Part shown: positions 49,573-58,309 of the stretch, piece after piece
How the letters are laid out: each line of letters starts with the position of its first letter
Numbering within the stretch: the first letter of the stretch is position 1
Origin: Verrucomicrobiota bacterium
Lineage (GTDB): Bacteria; Verrucomicrobiota; Verrucomicrobiia; Limisphaerales; Palsa-1400
Assembly: GCA_049510745.1 (NCBI GenBank)
Contig: JBEKYR010000030.1
Span: 1 to 58,309, forward strand
Direction: 5' to 3'
Length of the DNA: 58,309 bases
Translations under genes and position numbers: made by a program
The notes under the pieces: model-generated
What the model saw: only the letters and a program-made list of their open reading frames with translations
Told to the model about the DNA's origin: nothing
Database searches by the model: none

Positions 49573-49705
49573 GAATGACGAATGTCTAAGCTCGAATGAC
49601 GAAACAACGACGAAGCCCAAATGACGAAATTCATGCGGGCCGACTTTTCGTCATTGAGTCATTTGAGCATTCTTTAGACGTTAGGGACTTCGTCATTCGT
49701 CATTT
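49573..49705. repeat. Intergenic inverted array of AATGACG / CGTCATT heptamers
   Basis: gaatgacgaat...gaatgacgaa...aatgacgaaa is followed by ttcgtcatt...ttcgtcattcgtcattt, forming a long imperfect hairpin. Confidence 0.8.
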
Positions 49706-49842
49706 TCCCCGGTTGATCGCGGCGCGGCCTCCCGAAGCTCTGACTAGTGTCCAAAACACTTCGGGATGCGCCCGGCTGGGCCACCCTCCCCACTTGCGCT
49801 TGCAAAATCGGCGGGGTTTGCTACTTGTTTTGAATTGACTGG

Positions 49843-51396
49843 ATGAAGCGAATCCTCTTCCTGAGCGCGATTCTCTTGGGCACGCTTCCGGCCTTCGCTC
49901 TTCCGAGGCTGGAAGCGGTGCATGTGACGCTGGATTACGTGGCCAAGAAGGCCGACTTGCGCGCCCGCAAGCCGTTCCATTCGCCGCGGGCCGACCTGCC
50001 CCCCTTTTTGAGCCAATTGACCTACGATCAGTACCGCGAGATCGAATTCCGCCACGAGCGCGCCTTGTGGGCCGAGGAACGCCTTCCCTTTCGGGTCGAG
50101 TTCTTCCACCTGGGCTACCTTTACCAGGAACCGGTCCATCTCAATGAGTTCACCCCCACCCACGTCCAGCCCGTGCGCTTTGTGCCCGACTTCTTTGATT
50201 ACCGCTCGCTCCGCCTGCCGGCCGAAATCCCGGCCAACACCGGCTACGCCGGTTTCCGGGTCTTGAATCCGCTGAATATCTCCGCCAAGTGGGACGAGTT
50301 GGGCGTCTTTCAGGGCGCCAGCTATTTCCGCCTCCTGGGCCAGGGCCAGGTCTATGGCATGTCCGCCCGCGGCCTGGCCCTGGATTGCGGCGAAGACGGC
50401 CGCCCGGAGGAGTTTCCCATCTTCACCGATTGGTGGCTGGGTAAACCGCAGCGCGACGACGACGTCCTGCTCCTCTACGCCGTGCTCGACAGCGTCAGTT
50501 GCGTGGGCGCGTACGAGTTCCTCATTCGTCCCGGAGCGACCACGGTGGCGGAGGTGGAGGCGGTTTTGTACTTCCGCGAGCGGCCAAACATCCTCGCCGC
50601 CGATCCGGCGCGCAAGCCCCTGGCCACCCTCGGTTTCGCCCCGCTTACGAGCATGTTTTGGTATGGGAGCGCCTCGGAACGCAAGTTTGACGATTACCGC
50701 CCGCAAGTCCACGACAGCGACGGCCTGTTGCTGCATTTGGACAGCGGGGATATGGTGTGGCGCCCTCTGGCCAACGGCGCGGCGCTGCGCCACCAGATCG
50801 TTGCGGCCAACAACGTCCGCGGCTTCGGCTTGTTGCAGCGCGACCGCAATTTCAACCATTATCAGGATTTGTTCCACGCCTATCAAAACGTCCCCAGCGC
50901 CTGGGTCGCCCCCCACGGCAACTGGGGCGACGGCGAGGTGCATCTGGTCGAGTTGAGCACCCAATACGAGGGCATGGACAACGTCGTGGCCTTTTGGAAC
51001 CCGGCCGTCAAGCCGGCCCCGCTGCAGCCGCTGCGTTTCGGCTATACGCTTTACTGGACGCGCGAAACCGACATGACGCTCTCGTCCAACCAGGTCGTGT
51101 CCACCCGCGTGGGAGTGGACCCGCGCGACCAGGCCCAGCGGCAATTTGTGATTGATTTCGACCTCCCCAAATTCACCTCTGAGGACGACCCGCCGTCGGT
51201 CGCCGCCAGTTGCGGCGACAACGGCTCGATCACGGCGGCGCAGCTTTTCCGCAACACGCCGGAGAAAACCTGGCGCGTCATTCTGAATCTCTTGCCCAAG
51301 CCCGGCCCGCGTCAGCCGGTGGACTTGAAGTGCGCTCTCAAAAAGGGGGGCCAGACGGTGAGCGAGACCTGGACCTACCATTGGACCCCGCCATGA
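49843..51396 (+). CDS. opgG: Periplasmic glucan biosynthesis protein OpgG/MdoG
   Basis: LTYDQYREIEF, FQGASYFR, YGMSARGLA, EEFPIFTDWW, APLTSMF, DDYRPQVHDSDGL, GFGLLQRDRNF and SETWTYHW. Confidence 0.95.
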   Translation: MKRILFLSAILLGTLPAFALPRLEAVHVTLDYVAKKADLRARKPFHSPRADLPPFLSQLTYDQYREIEFRHERALWAEERLPFRVEFFHLGYLYQEPVHLNEFTPTHVQPVRFVPDFFDYRSLRLPAEIPANTGYAGFRVLNPLNISAKWDELGVFQGASYFRLLGQGQVYGMSARGLALDCGEDGRPEEFPIFTDWWLGKPQRDDDVLLLYAVLDSVSCVGAYEFLIRPGATTVAEVEAVLYFRERPNILAADPARKPLATLGFAPLTSMFWYGSASERKFDDYRPQVHDSDGLLLHLDSGDMVWRPLANGAALRHQIVAANNVRGFGLLQRDRNFNHYQDLFHAYQNVPSAWVAPHGNWGDGEVHLVELSTQYEGMDNVVAFWNPAVKPAPLQPLRFGYTLYWTRETDMTLSSNQVVSTRVGVDPRDQAQRQFVIDFDLPKFTSEDDPPSVAASCGDNGSITAAQLFRNTPEKTWRVILNLLPKPGPRQPVDLKCALKKGGQTVSETWTYHWTPP

Positions 51397-51968
51397 ACGC
51401 TCCGGCCAGAATCGACGCGCCCGGACAGTTGGCGGGCCGTCCGTTGGAGGAATGGAACGGGGCTTACTCGAAGGTGGAAAGCTATTTTCACGCCTTGCGC
51501 GTGCGCAACAAAGTGCTGCTGGGCCAAATGGTCGCCCTGGTCCTGGAGCGGGCCATGCAGCGCTCGGCCACAGAACCCCAACGCTCCGCCACCGAGTTGG
51601 CCGTCGAGGAGATGGACCGCCTGGTCAACGAATGGTTCGCCCAAGTCTTGGAAGCCCCGCCCGCCGGCGCGGAAATGCTCTCAACCCGCGGCCGCATGGC
51701 TCTGTTGCTGGCCGATATGCCGGGCCGGTGGCAGGACCAGTTCCTCCGTCCGGGTCCCTGGCCCAGGGAGTTTGTCATGGCCATGCGCGAAGGCTACCTC
51801 CGCGCCGGGCCGAATTTTCAAGTGGCCAAGATGACCCCACGCCCCCTCGACCTGGGGCCGATCGCCACTCTGACGGAGTGGAGCCGTTTGCCCTACGTGA
51901 AAATGGTGGCCAGTTGGGCTTTGTTCGGTTTGCTTTTGGTCCTGCTCTTCTATGTAACCCACCAGTGA
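51393..51968 (+). CDS. Hypothetical protein with a C-terminal transmembrane helix, translationally coupled between opgG and opgH
   Basis: ATGA overlap with the opgG stop and GTGA overlap with the opgH start. Confidence 0.8.
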   Translation: MNAPARIDAPGQLAGRPLEEWNGAYSKVESYFHALRVRNKVLLGQMVALVLERAMQRSATEPQRSATELAVEEMDRLVNEWFAQVLEAPPAGAEMLSTRGRMALLLADMPGRWQDQFLRPGPWPREFVMAMREGYLRAGPNFQVAKMTPRPLDLGPIATLTEWSRLPYVKMVASWALFGLLLVLLFYVTHQ

Positions 51969-54136
51969 CGACTTCCGCTCCAACCATTCCCAGCACCGCC
52001 CCAGGACAATCCCCGCCGCTGGTCGTGTCGCCGACGCCCCCCGTGCGCCGGGGTTGGCGCGTCTTTCTCTTTTACTCCTGCGTCGTGCTCTTGACCGGGC
52101 TGGTTTCGATGCTCTTCGCCGATCTCCTCTGGCGGACGGGTTGGTCGCTTTCCGGCGTCCTCCTGCTCTGCTTGTTCATCGTCTTGTTCTTCCTCGCCGC
52201 GGTGGGATGCATGCACGGAGTCTTCGGCTTTGTCTTGCGCCTGACCAATGACCGGCGCCTGACGCGCTTGGGGGATTTTCGCTCGCAAAGCATCCAGGGC
52301 GTCAGCACGGCGCTGGTCTTTCCCGTCCACAACGAACAAGTCGCCCGCGTCTGCGAAGGCTTGCGCGCCACCTACGAATCGTTGGAAAAAACCGGCCACT
52401 TGGACCGCTTCGATTTCTACATCCTCAGTGATTCCACCGATCCGGACAAATGGGTCGAGGAGGAACAACGCTGGTTTGCCCTGGTCCGCGACCTCGATGC
52501 GCTGGGCCGCATCTATTATCGCCGGCGCGTGTCCAACGAGGGGAAAAAAAGCGGCAACATCCGGGATTTTTTGAGCACCTGGGGCCCGCGTTACCGCTAC
52601 TTCGTCGTGTTCGACGCCGACAGCGTGATGCGCGGGGACACGCTGGTGGACCTGGTGAAGCTGATGGAGGCGCATCCGGAAGTCGGCCTGGTGCAAACGG
52701 TGCCGGCGCTGGTCAACGCCGCCTCAGTGTTCGGCCGCATTCAGCAATTTGCCAACCGCCTCTACGCGCCGATCTTCATCACCGGGCTTAATTTTTGGGC
52801 GCAGGGCTTTGGCAATTACTGGGGGCACAACGCCATCGTCCGCACCGAGCCGTTCATGCAGCACTGCGACCTGCCGCAATTGCCGGGCAGCAAACCCTTC
52901 GGCGGCCAGATTCTGAGCCATGATTTCGTCGAGGCCGCCTTGTTGCTCAAAGCCAACTGGGAGGTCTGGGTCGCCTACGATCTGGAGGGCAGCTATGAAG
53001 AAGCCCCGCAGACGATGATTGAGAACGCCCAGCGCGACCGGCGCTGGTGCCAGGGCAATTTGCAGCATTTCATGGTCGTCTGGGCCAAGGGCTTGCGCGG
53101 GCTGAGCCGTCTGCACCTGGCCCAGGGCATCTTTGGCTACTTGGTCAGCCCCCTCTGGCTATTTTTCCTCTTGACCTTTAACTGGATGCTCTGGTACGAG
53201 GGCCACACCGGCCTCTCCAGGATCACCGTCCGCCCCTTGACCCCCTTCCTCCGGGTCAGCGGCACCGAGCACGCCTTCCTCATCTTTGTTATCTGCATGG
53301 TCGTGCTCCTGCTCCCCAAGGTGCTGGCGCTGGTGGACCTGGCCTTCGACAAGGAGCGCCGCCGCGCTTTTGGCGGCCTGACTAACGCCACCGTCGCCGC
53401 CCTCGCCGAAACGGCCTTTTCCACCTTGCACGCTCCCTTGCAAATGCTCTGGCATTCCAAGTTTGTCGCCGCTTCGCTCCTGCTCATCGGCGTCCAGTGG
53501 GGGCCGCAGAGGCGCACGGCCGACGGCATCCCCTGGTCCGACGCGGTGAGGCAGCACTGGGCGCATACTGCCATCGGCTTGATTTGGGGCGGGGCCATCT
53601 GGCGCCTGGACCGGCCGACCTTCTGGTGGTTCATGCCGGTGATGGTGGGAATGGTCGCCAGCATTCCGTTGAGCGTGTTGACCAGCCGGGCCGGCCTGGG
53701 CGAACGGGCCCGCCGCTTCGGTCTCTTCTTGACGCCCGAGGAAACGTCCCCCCCGCCGGAAATCGCCGCCTTGCGGGCGCGGATGGCCGCGCTGGAAGCG
53801 GACGGGCAAGTCGCTCCCCGCGCCCCGGATTCCGGCCTGGCGGACGTGGTTCTGGACCCCTACGTCAACGCCATTCACGTTTCGCTCTTGCGGGAAAAGC
53901 GGCAAAACCCGGCCTTCGCGCGCGCGCTGTCGGACCTGGGAGTGGGCCGGCCGGAAGTGCGGAGGCTGTGCGAAAAGCTGCTGGCGGAAGGCCCGGCGCA
54001 ATTGCGGCAGCACGAGAAGCTGCTCATTTTGAGCGATGCCGAGCAATTGCCGTGGCTCCATCGCCAGGCCTGGCTCCGTCCCAGCGCCACGCTGGCCCGC
54101 TGGTGGCAAAGCCAGATCCGGCAATACGCCCGGTAG
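51965..54136 (+). CDS. opgH: Glucans biosynthesis glucosyltransferase OpgH/MdoH (GT2)
   Basis: PVHNE, ILSDSTDP, KKSGNIRDF, VFDADSVM, GNYWGHNAIVR, LSHDFVEAA, GSYEEAP and RDRRWCQGNLQH. Confidence 0.95.
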   Translation: MTTSAPTIPSTAPGQSPPLVVSPTPPVRRGWRVFLFYSCVVLLTGLVSMLFADLLWRTGWSLSGVLLLCLFIVLFFLAAVGCMHGVFGFVLRLTNDRRLTRLGDFRSQSIQGVSTALVFPVHNEQVARVCEGLRATYESLEKTGHLDRFDFYILSDSTDPDKWVEEEQRWFALVRDLDALGRIYYRRRVSNEGKKSGNIRDFLSTWGPRYRYFVVFDADSVMRGDTLVDLVKLMEAHPEVGLVQTVPALVNAASVFGRIQQFANRLYAPIFITGLNFWAQGFGNYWGHNAIVRTEPFMQHCDLPQLPGSKPFGGQILSHDFVEAALLLKANWEVWVAYDLEGSYEEAPQTMIENAQRDRRWCQGNLQHFMVVWAKGLRGLSRLHLAQGIFGYLVSPLWLFFLLTFNWMLWYEGHTGLSRITVRPLTPFLRVSGTEHAFLIFVICMVVLLLPKVLALVDLAFDKERRRAFGGLTNATVAALAETAFSTLHAPLQMLWHSKFVAASLLLIGVQWGPQRRTADGIPWSDAVRQHWAHTAIGLIWGGAIWRLDRPTFWWFMPVMVGMVASIPLSVLTSRAGLGERARRFGLFLTPEETSPPPEIAALRARMAALEADGQVAPRAPDSGLADVVLDPYVNAIHVSLLREKRQNPAFARALSDLGVGRPEVRRLCEKLLAEGPAQLRQHEKLLILSDAEQLPWLHRQAWLRPSATLARWWQSQIRQYAR

Positions 54137-54209
54137 GAGGCGGCGCCTGATGCGCGCCACTTTTCCGCGCCTTCCTCCCGCCAGCGGCCGGAACAAACCG
54201 CCGCTCTGG

Positions 54210-56159
54210 TCAAGAGGTGACGCTGGCCTGAAACATCGCGGCCAAAAGAATTAGTTCGGGATGGGCCGACGACAATCTCGGCAGCACCACCCGGATGCGC
54301 GAACGATACGCCGCCAGTTTCTCGCGCAAGGGCTCCAAATTCTCCACTTTGTCCCAATGAAGTTTCTTGAAATCCAGCACCAGTTTGCTCCGGCTCCGCG
54401 CCAGCGATTCCCGGATGCGCTCTCCCAACCCGGCGGCCTCGGACGCCGAGAGCACCCCTTCCAGGCGCATCCACACTTCTTCCTTCGCGTGCCGCAACTC
54501 CACCTGGATGGAAAAATCCGGCAAGGCCGCTTTGCGCTGGAGTTCCTCCCACATTTCAAACGCGCCCCAGCGCTGGCTCGGCACTCGATAGGTCGTCCGT
54601 ATCAGTCTCGGATGCTGAAAAAGGTCCAGCTTCAGGGTCAGCCCCGTCCACAACGCCGCCGCCACGCCCAGGACAGACTTCAGTCGTTGCCCGAGGGCGG
54701 GGGCGCCCAACTCCGCGTGAATCCGCCGCTGCAAATCGCCAATCCACCGCCGCACCGCCGCATTGGGGCCAAGCAGACGCCCCGCCAGGAACACGGGGTA
54801 GGCATAGCGCAACTCCCCCGCGTAATACTCGGCCTTCGCCCGCATCAGCGGGTTGGGCGAGTTCTTCAGCTTCTGCATCCCCAGCAAGCGCGCTTCCAGC
54901 ACCCGGTAAATGCTCGGACCCAGCCGCTGAAAATCCTCCTTGAAACACCAATCCTGGATCGCCTCGATCTCTTCCGCCGAGAGGGTCGGATGTTTGATCA
55001 TCGTGCGAAATCCGTCCGCCCGCCGGTAGAACAGGTCCTTGTCGGTCGTATAAACGTCCTGTAACAGGTTTTCTTTGATGATGCGCTCGTGAAACGGCGT
55101 GCCGGGCACCGGGCCGTAAATGAGGAACTGCGCCAGGGCGGGCTTCAGCCGCATGAGTCCATCCAGCTCCTGCGCCACCACTTCCTGGTTCTGGTAATCA
55201 AATCCCACGATCATCGAGGTCAGCACCGTGATGCCGTGCTCGCGGAATTCGGTGAAAATATCCGCCACCGGCCGGCCTTGTTGTTTGGCATAATTGGAGC
55301 GCGTCCCCTCGTAACCAATCCAGAAACCGTCAATCCCCATCTCCAGAATTTCCTCCACCGTGTACTGGCTGATCGCTTTGACGCTGGAGAAGGCGAAGAT
55401 CGAAATCTTCTTGCCCCCGGCTATCACGCAATCGCGGAATTGCATCGCCCTCTTTTTATTCAGCAGAAAATCCTCATCCAAAATCAGGAACACCAGGTTC
55501 GGATCCGTGGCCAGATAGCGTTCCACCACCGCGTAAATGTCCTTCCCTTCCGGCAGCAGCTTGATGTGTTTGCGCGAAAAAAAGTGCGACGTGCAGCAGA
55601 AATCGCAGCCGTTGGCGCAGCCCAGTCCGGCAAAAATCTTCCCCGTCCCGGACACCTTCCAGCCAAACACTTTCAGCCAGCTCACCAGCAACGGATGCTT
55701 GTAGGGCATCGAGATCGCCGGTTCCCCCAGCAGCCGGCGGAAGTACGCCACCCCCTCCTCGCGGCAGATATAATCCGCGTACGGTTGCAGCACCTCATCC
55801 TTCAAAACGGTGCCGTAGCCGCCGAGCACGATTTTGCTCCGCGGCGCGTATTGCCGGATCAACGCCACCGTTTCCTTCATCTTGTGCATCACCGCCATGA
55901 GGAACGACACTCCCACATAATCGTAGCCCTTCTTCAACTCCTTGATCAGTTCGCGCTTGGACGGGTATTGCAGCACCACCGTGGGCGCATCGAGGTTCTC
56001 CGCGATATATTCGAGGGAAAAATGGATGTTGACCGTGCGCGGGCTGAAAAGGCCCTGGGCGCGCGTCACCTGCCGGTAAAGCAATTCATAACCGACCGAC
56101 GCCGCATCCCCGTATTTTGGCCCCATGGGACGGCACACACTGGTGAGAAGAACTTTCAT
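54210..56159 (-). CDS. Cobalamin-binding radical SAM protein with a C-terminal STAS-like domain
   Basis: B12-binding-like region (YDYVGVSF...KIVLGGYG), CxxxCxxC motif GCANGCDFC, ILDEDF, WIGYE and YGPVPGTPF. Confidence 0.88.
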   Translation of the reverse strand: MKVLLTSVCRPMGPKYGDAASVGYELLYRQVTRAQGLFSPRTVNIHFSLEYIAENLDAPTVVLQYPSKRELIKELKKGYDYVGVSFLMAVMHKMKETVALIRQYAPRSKIVLGGYGTVLKDEVLQPYADYICREEGVAYFRRLLGEPAISMPYKHPLLVSWLKVFGWKVSGTGKIFAGLGCANGCDFCCTSHFFSRKHIKLLPEGKDIYAVVERYLATDPNLVFLILDEDFLLNKKRAMQFRDCVIAGGKKISIFAFSSVKAISQYTVEEILEMGIDGFWIGYEGTRSNYAKQQGRPVADIFTEFREHGITVLTSMIVGFDYQNQEVVAQELDGLMRLKPALAQFLIYGPVPGTPFHERIIKENLLQDVYTTDKDLFYRRADGFRTMIKHPTLSAEEIEAIQDWCFKEDFQRLGPSIYRVLEARLLGMQKLKNSPNPLMRAKAEYYAGELRYAYPVFLAGRLLGPNAAVRRWIGDLQRRIHAELGAPALGQRLKSVLGVAAALWTGLTLKLDLFQHPRLIRTTYRVPSQRWGAFEMWEELQRKAALPDFSIQVELRHAKEEVWMRLEGVLSASEAAGLGERIRESLARSRSKLVLDFKKLHWDKVENLEPLREKLAAYRSRIRVVLPRLSSAHPELILLAAMFQASVTS

Positions 56160-56168
56160 GGAAACGCC

Positions 56169-56279
56169 TTATCTCACCCTCAACGGCGCCGATCCGGGAT
56201 CGTGCGGTTGCTTGACGGCGGCTTCGGCTTCAGCGTGGAAATTGTAATTGGCTGCGACTGCAATCTTCTTTGTCATCAT
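56169..56279 (-). CDS. 36-aa ORF directly upstream of the radical SAM gene
   Basis: MMTKKIAVAANYNFHAEAEAAVKQPHDPGSAPLRVR*, with an A-rich initiation region and a stop 9 nt before the rSAM ATG. Below the ORF-track cutoff. Confidence 0.45.
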   Translation of the reverse strand: MMTKKIAVAANYNFHAEAEAAVKQPHDPGSAPLRVR

Positions 56280-56355
56280 GTTTGTTTTTCGCTTTTGTGT
56301 AATAATGATTCTCATCAACCCAATGGTACATTAACGCGCCGGCCCTCCCCCTTGC

Positions 56356-56375
56356 TATGGGGTGTTCACCCCATA
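56356..56375. promoter_or_regulatory. Perfect palindrome TATGGGGTG-TT-CACCCCATA (activator/operator site)
   Basis: 9-bp perfect arms, centred about 33 nt upstream of a minus-strand TAATGT -10-like hexamer (56328-56333). Confidence 0.68.
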
Positions 56376-56611
56376 TGGAATCACCTTAAAAAATCACCTT
56401 AAATCCGGCCGCTGATCGCAACCAGAGAAATAGCGGGGAAAAAATTATCTAAACTTGTGCCGCCACTGCCAAAAAATGTTTATCTCGTACCATCGAATGG
56501 TGGCCACTTGGCGAATTGAGGCGTGGGTGGGCAAAAAACGACAGCAGAATTTTGTGCATCTGGCGGTCTCTGCCGGGAGAGTTCTTGGGACGGCGCTAAA
56601 ACTTGGTTGCA

Positions 56612-56627
56612 TGGCATCGGGCTTGCT
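56612..56627 (+). promoter_or_regulatory. Sigma-54 (-24/-12) promoter motif
   Basis: TGGCATCGGGCTTGCT (GG-N10-GC with TTGCT). Confidence 0.6.
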
Positions 56628-56809
56628 AATGCCGGGGATGACGTTCGCGCGAATTTTTTTCGTTCACGAACGTCTGAGTTTACGGAGGAACCGAGTAGGA
56701 TAATGCACGGCGGCGTGGAAGCGATTCCACGCCGCCAACGTTTCCTGGGGGCGCGTCAATTTCTGTTGTGTTCTTCCGTCATCTCTGTTTTTCATGGAGT
56801 ATTCTCATC

Positions 56810-58072
56810 ATGGTGCGCACGGCCCGAAAAAAAGGCAGCCCTGTCTCCATCCGTCCGCGGGTGGCGCTTCTGATTGAGTCCTCGCGCGCCTACGGGCGCG
56901 GCACGTTGCTCGGCGTGGCCAAATACCTGCGCGAACACGGCCCCTGGTCCATCTTTTTCCAGGAACGCGGTTTGGGAGACATCGCTCCGCCGTGGCTGGA
57001 AAATTGGAAGGGCGACGGCATCCTGGCTCGGGTCGAGAACGGGGCCATGGCCCGCGCTATTCACCGTCTGCGAGTTCCGGCGGTCGATTTGCGCTATCTT
57101 TTGCCCAACCTCCACCTCCCCTCGGTCCGCACCGATGACCAAGCGGCCACCGGCCTGGCTTGGGAACACTTGCGCGAGCGGGGCTTCCGCCATTTTGCCT
57201 TCTGCGGTTTCGACGGAGCCGACTACTCCGACATCCGCGGCGCCCAATTCGCCCGGCGCGTCGCGGAGGCGGGCCTGCGCTGCCATATCTTTGTCGATCC
57301 CCGGCCGGCCAGGCAGGCCACCACTCTCAAACATGAGGAAAAGGGCTTGAGCGACGGCGACCGCGTCGCCCAGTGGATCAAACAGTTGCCCAAACCGATC
57401 GGGTTGATGGCCTGCAACGACATTCGCGGACAGCAAGTGCTCAACGCCTGCCGCGCCGTCGGCGTGGCGGTGCCGGATGAAGTCGCGGTCATCGGCGTCG
57501 ATAACGATGAGGTGTTGTGCGAGTTATCAGACCCCCCGCTCTCCAGCGTGGCGCCCAACACCGAGCGCATCGGCTACGAGGCGGCGGCTTTGCTGGATCG
57601 CATGATGGCCGGCCACCGGCCACCCAACCAACCGGTGGTCATCGAGCCGTTAGGCATCGTGACCCGCGGCTCCACCGACGTGCTGGCCATCGAGGACCGC
57701 CATATTGCGGCGGCGGTGCGTTTCATTCGCCAGCGGGCGTGCGACGGAGTCGATGTCCGGGACGTGCTGCGGGCGGTGCCGTTGTCGCGCAGCGCCTTGG
57801 AACGGCGCTTCGCCAAAGCCCTCAACCGTTCTCCCAAGGACGAGATTTTGCGCGTGCGGTTGAATCGGGCCAAGGAATTGCTTTCCGAAACCAATCTCCC
57901 ATTGTCCCTCGTTGCGGAGAAGATCGGACTGGAACACGGGGAATACCTGAGCGTCATCTTCAAAAAGAAGACCGGGCTGACCCCGGCCCAATTCCGCGCC
58001 CGGTCGCGCCTCGCGACTGCCGCCGACAAATTGCCCGCGCCGGGACAGAGCCGGCGATTTCAGCCCGAATGA
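56810..58072 (+). CDS. XylR-family transcriptional regulator (periplasmic-binding-like sensor + AraC HTH)
   Basis: RVALLIESSRAYGRG, ACNDIRG, VPDEVAVIGVDND, SDPPLSSV, RGSTDVLA, SRSALERRF and FKKKTGLTP. Confidence 0.93.
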   Translation: MVRTARKKGSPVSIRPRVALLIESSRAYGRGTLLGVAKYLREHGPWSIFFQERGLGDIAPPWLENWKGDGILARVENGAMARAIHRLRVPAVDLRYLLPNLHLPSVRTDDQAATGLAWEHLRERGFRHFAFCGFDGADYSDIRGAQFARRVAEAGLRCHIFVDPRPARQATTLKHEEKGLSDGDRVAQWIKQLPKPIGLMACNDIRGQQVLNACRAVGVAVPDEVAVIGVDNDEVLCELSDPPLSSVAPNTERIGYEAAALLDRMMAGHRPPNQPVVIEPLGIVTRGSTDVLAIEDRHIAAAVRFIRQRACDGVDVRDVLRAVPLSRSALERRFAKALNRSPKDEILRVRLNRAKELLSETNLPLSLVAEKIGLEHGEYLSVIFKKKTGLTPAQFRARSRLATAADKLPAPGQSRRFQPE

Positions 58073-58276
58073 AATCTCGGCGCCCGGCACGCCTTCAGCC
58101 GCGCCGGTGGCGGCGAGCGGATTCTCAGACACGAAATTTACAGGCGTTTAGCCGAACTTGAATTGAACGTGGCTGCGCGTTGCTGAGTTAACCTAAGTTC
58201 CTTTTGATTTTGCGTAAGTGCTTGCAAATCAAAGCAACGGCCAGAAAATGTAGCAAGTAATAATTGATTAAATCTC

Positions 58277-58305
58277 TTGACATACCTATGGTCCCGCTTT
58301 ATTCT
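58277..58305 (+). promoter_or_regulatory. Sigma-70 promoter for a gene beyond the window
   Basis: TTGACA, a 17-nt spacer, then TATTCT, with AT-rich upstream sequence. Confidence 0.6.
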
Positions 58306-58309
58306 GTAG

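Noticed and set aside
46264..51381. Long antisense ORFs opposite the kinase and opgG
   Set aside because: R/P/A-rich or motif-free shadow ORFs caused by GC3 bias.

Overview
A bacterial chromosomal window, most likely from Verrucomicrobiota (Pedosphaerales/subdivision-3-like; inferred from gene families and repeat types, not from a database search). Bases 1-19230 (minus strand) hold a Wzx/Wzy-dependent exopolysaccharide/capsule operon. In transcription order it encodes an outer-membrane beta-barrel, Wza-like and Wzc proteins, Wzx, an O-acetyltransferase, an FnlA/RmlD-like reductase/2-epimerase trio, Wzy, four GT4 enzymes, an FkbM methyltransferase and a beta-helix protein that runs off the window edge. 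A WecA/MraY-family initiating transferase is divergent from it, and each direction has a sigma-54-type promoter. Next come two giant secreted repeat proteins and a decayed island remnant at the 3' end of tRNA-Arg(ACG). These are followed by a proteasomal ARC ATPase plus Dop pair with no recognisable Pup/UBact, PafA or 20S genes, and a sigma-54-driven 69-aa ORF where the modifier gene normally sits. A GH106/GH28 pair is divergent from a ~2000-aa passenger-repeat protein and is linked by a shared palindrome to a downstream propeller sensor kinase/NarL-type regulator. The window ends with an opgG-orf-opgH operon, a B12-radical SAM enzyme with a STAS-like tail preceded by a 36-aa ORF, and a XylR-family regulator. 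No CRISPR array, rRNA, integrase or transposase was seen.
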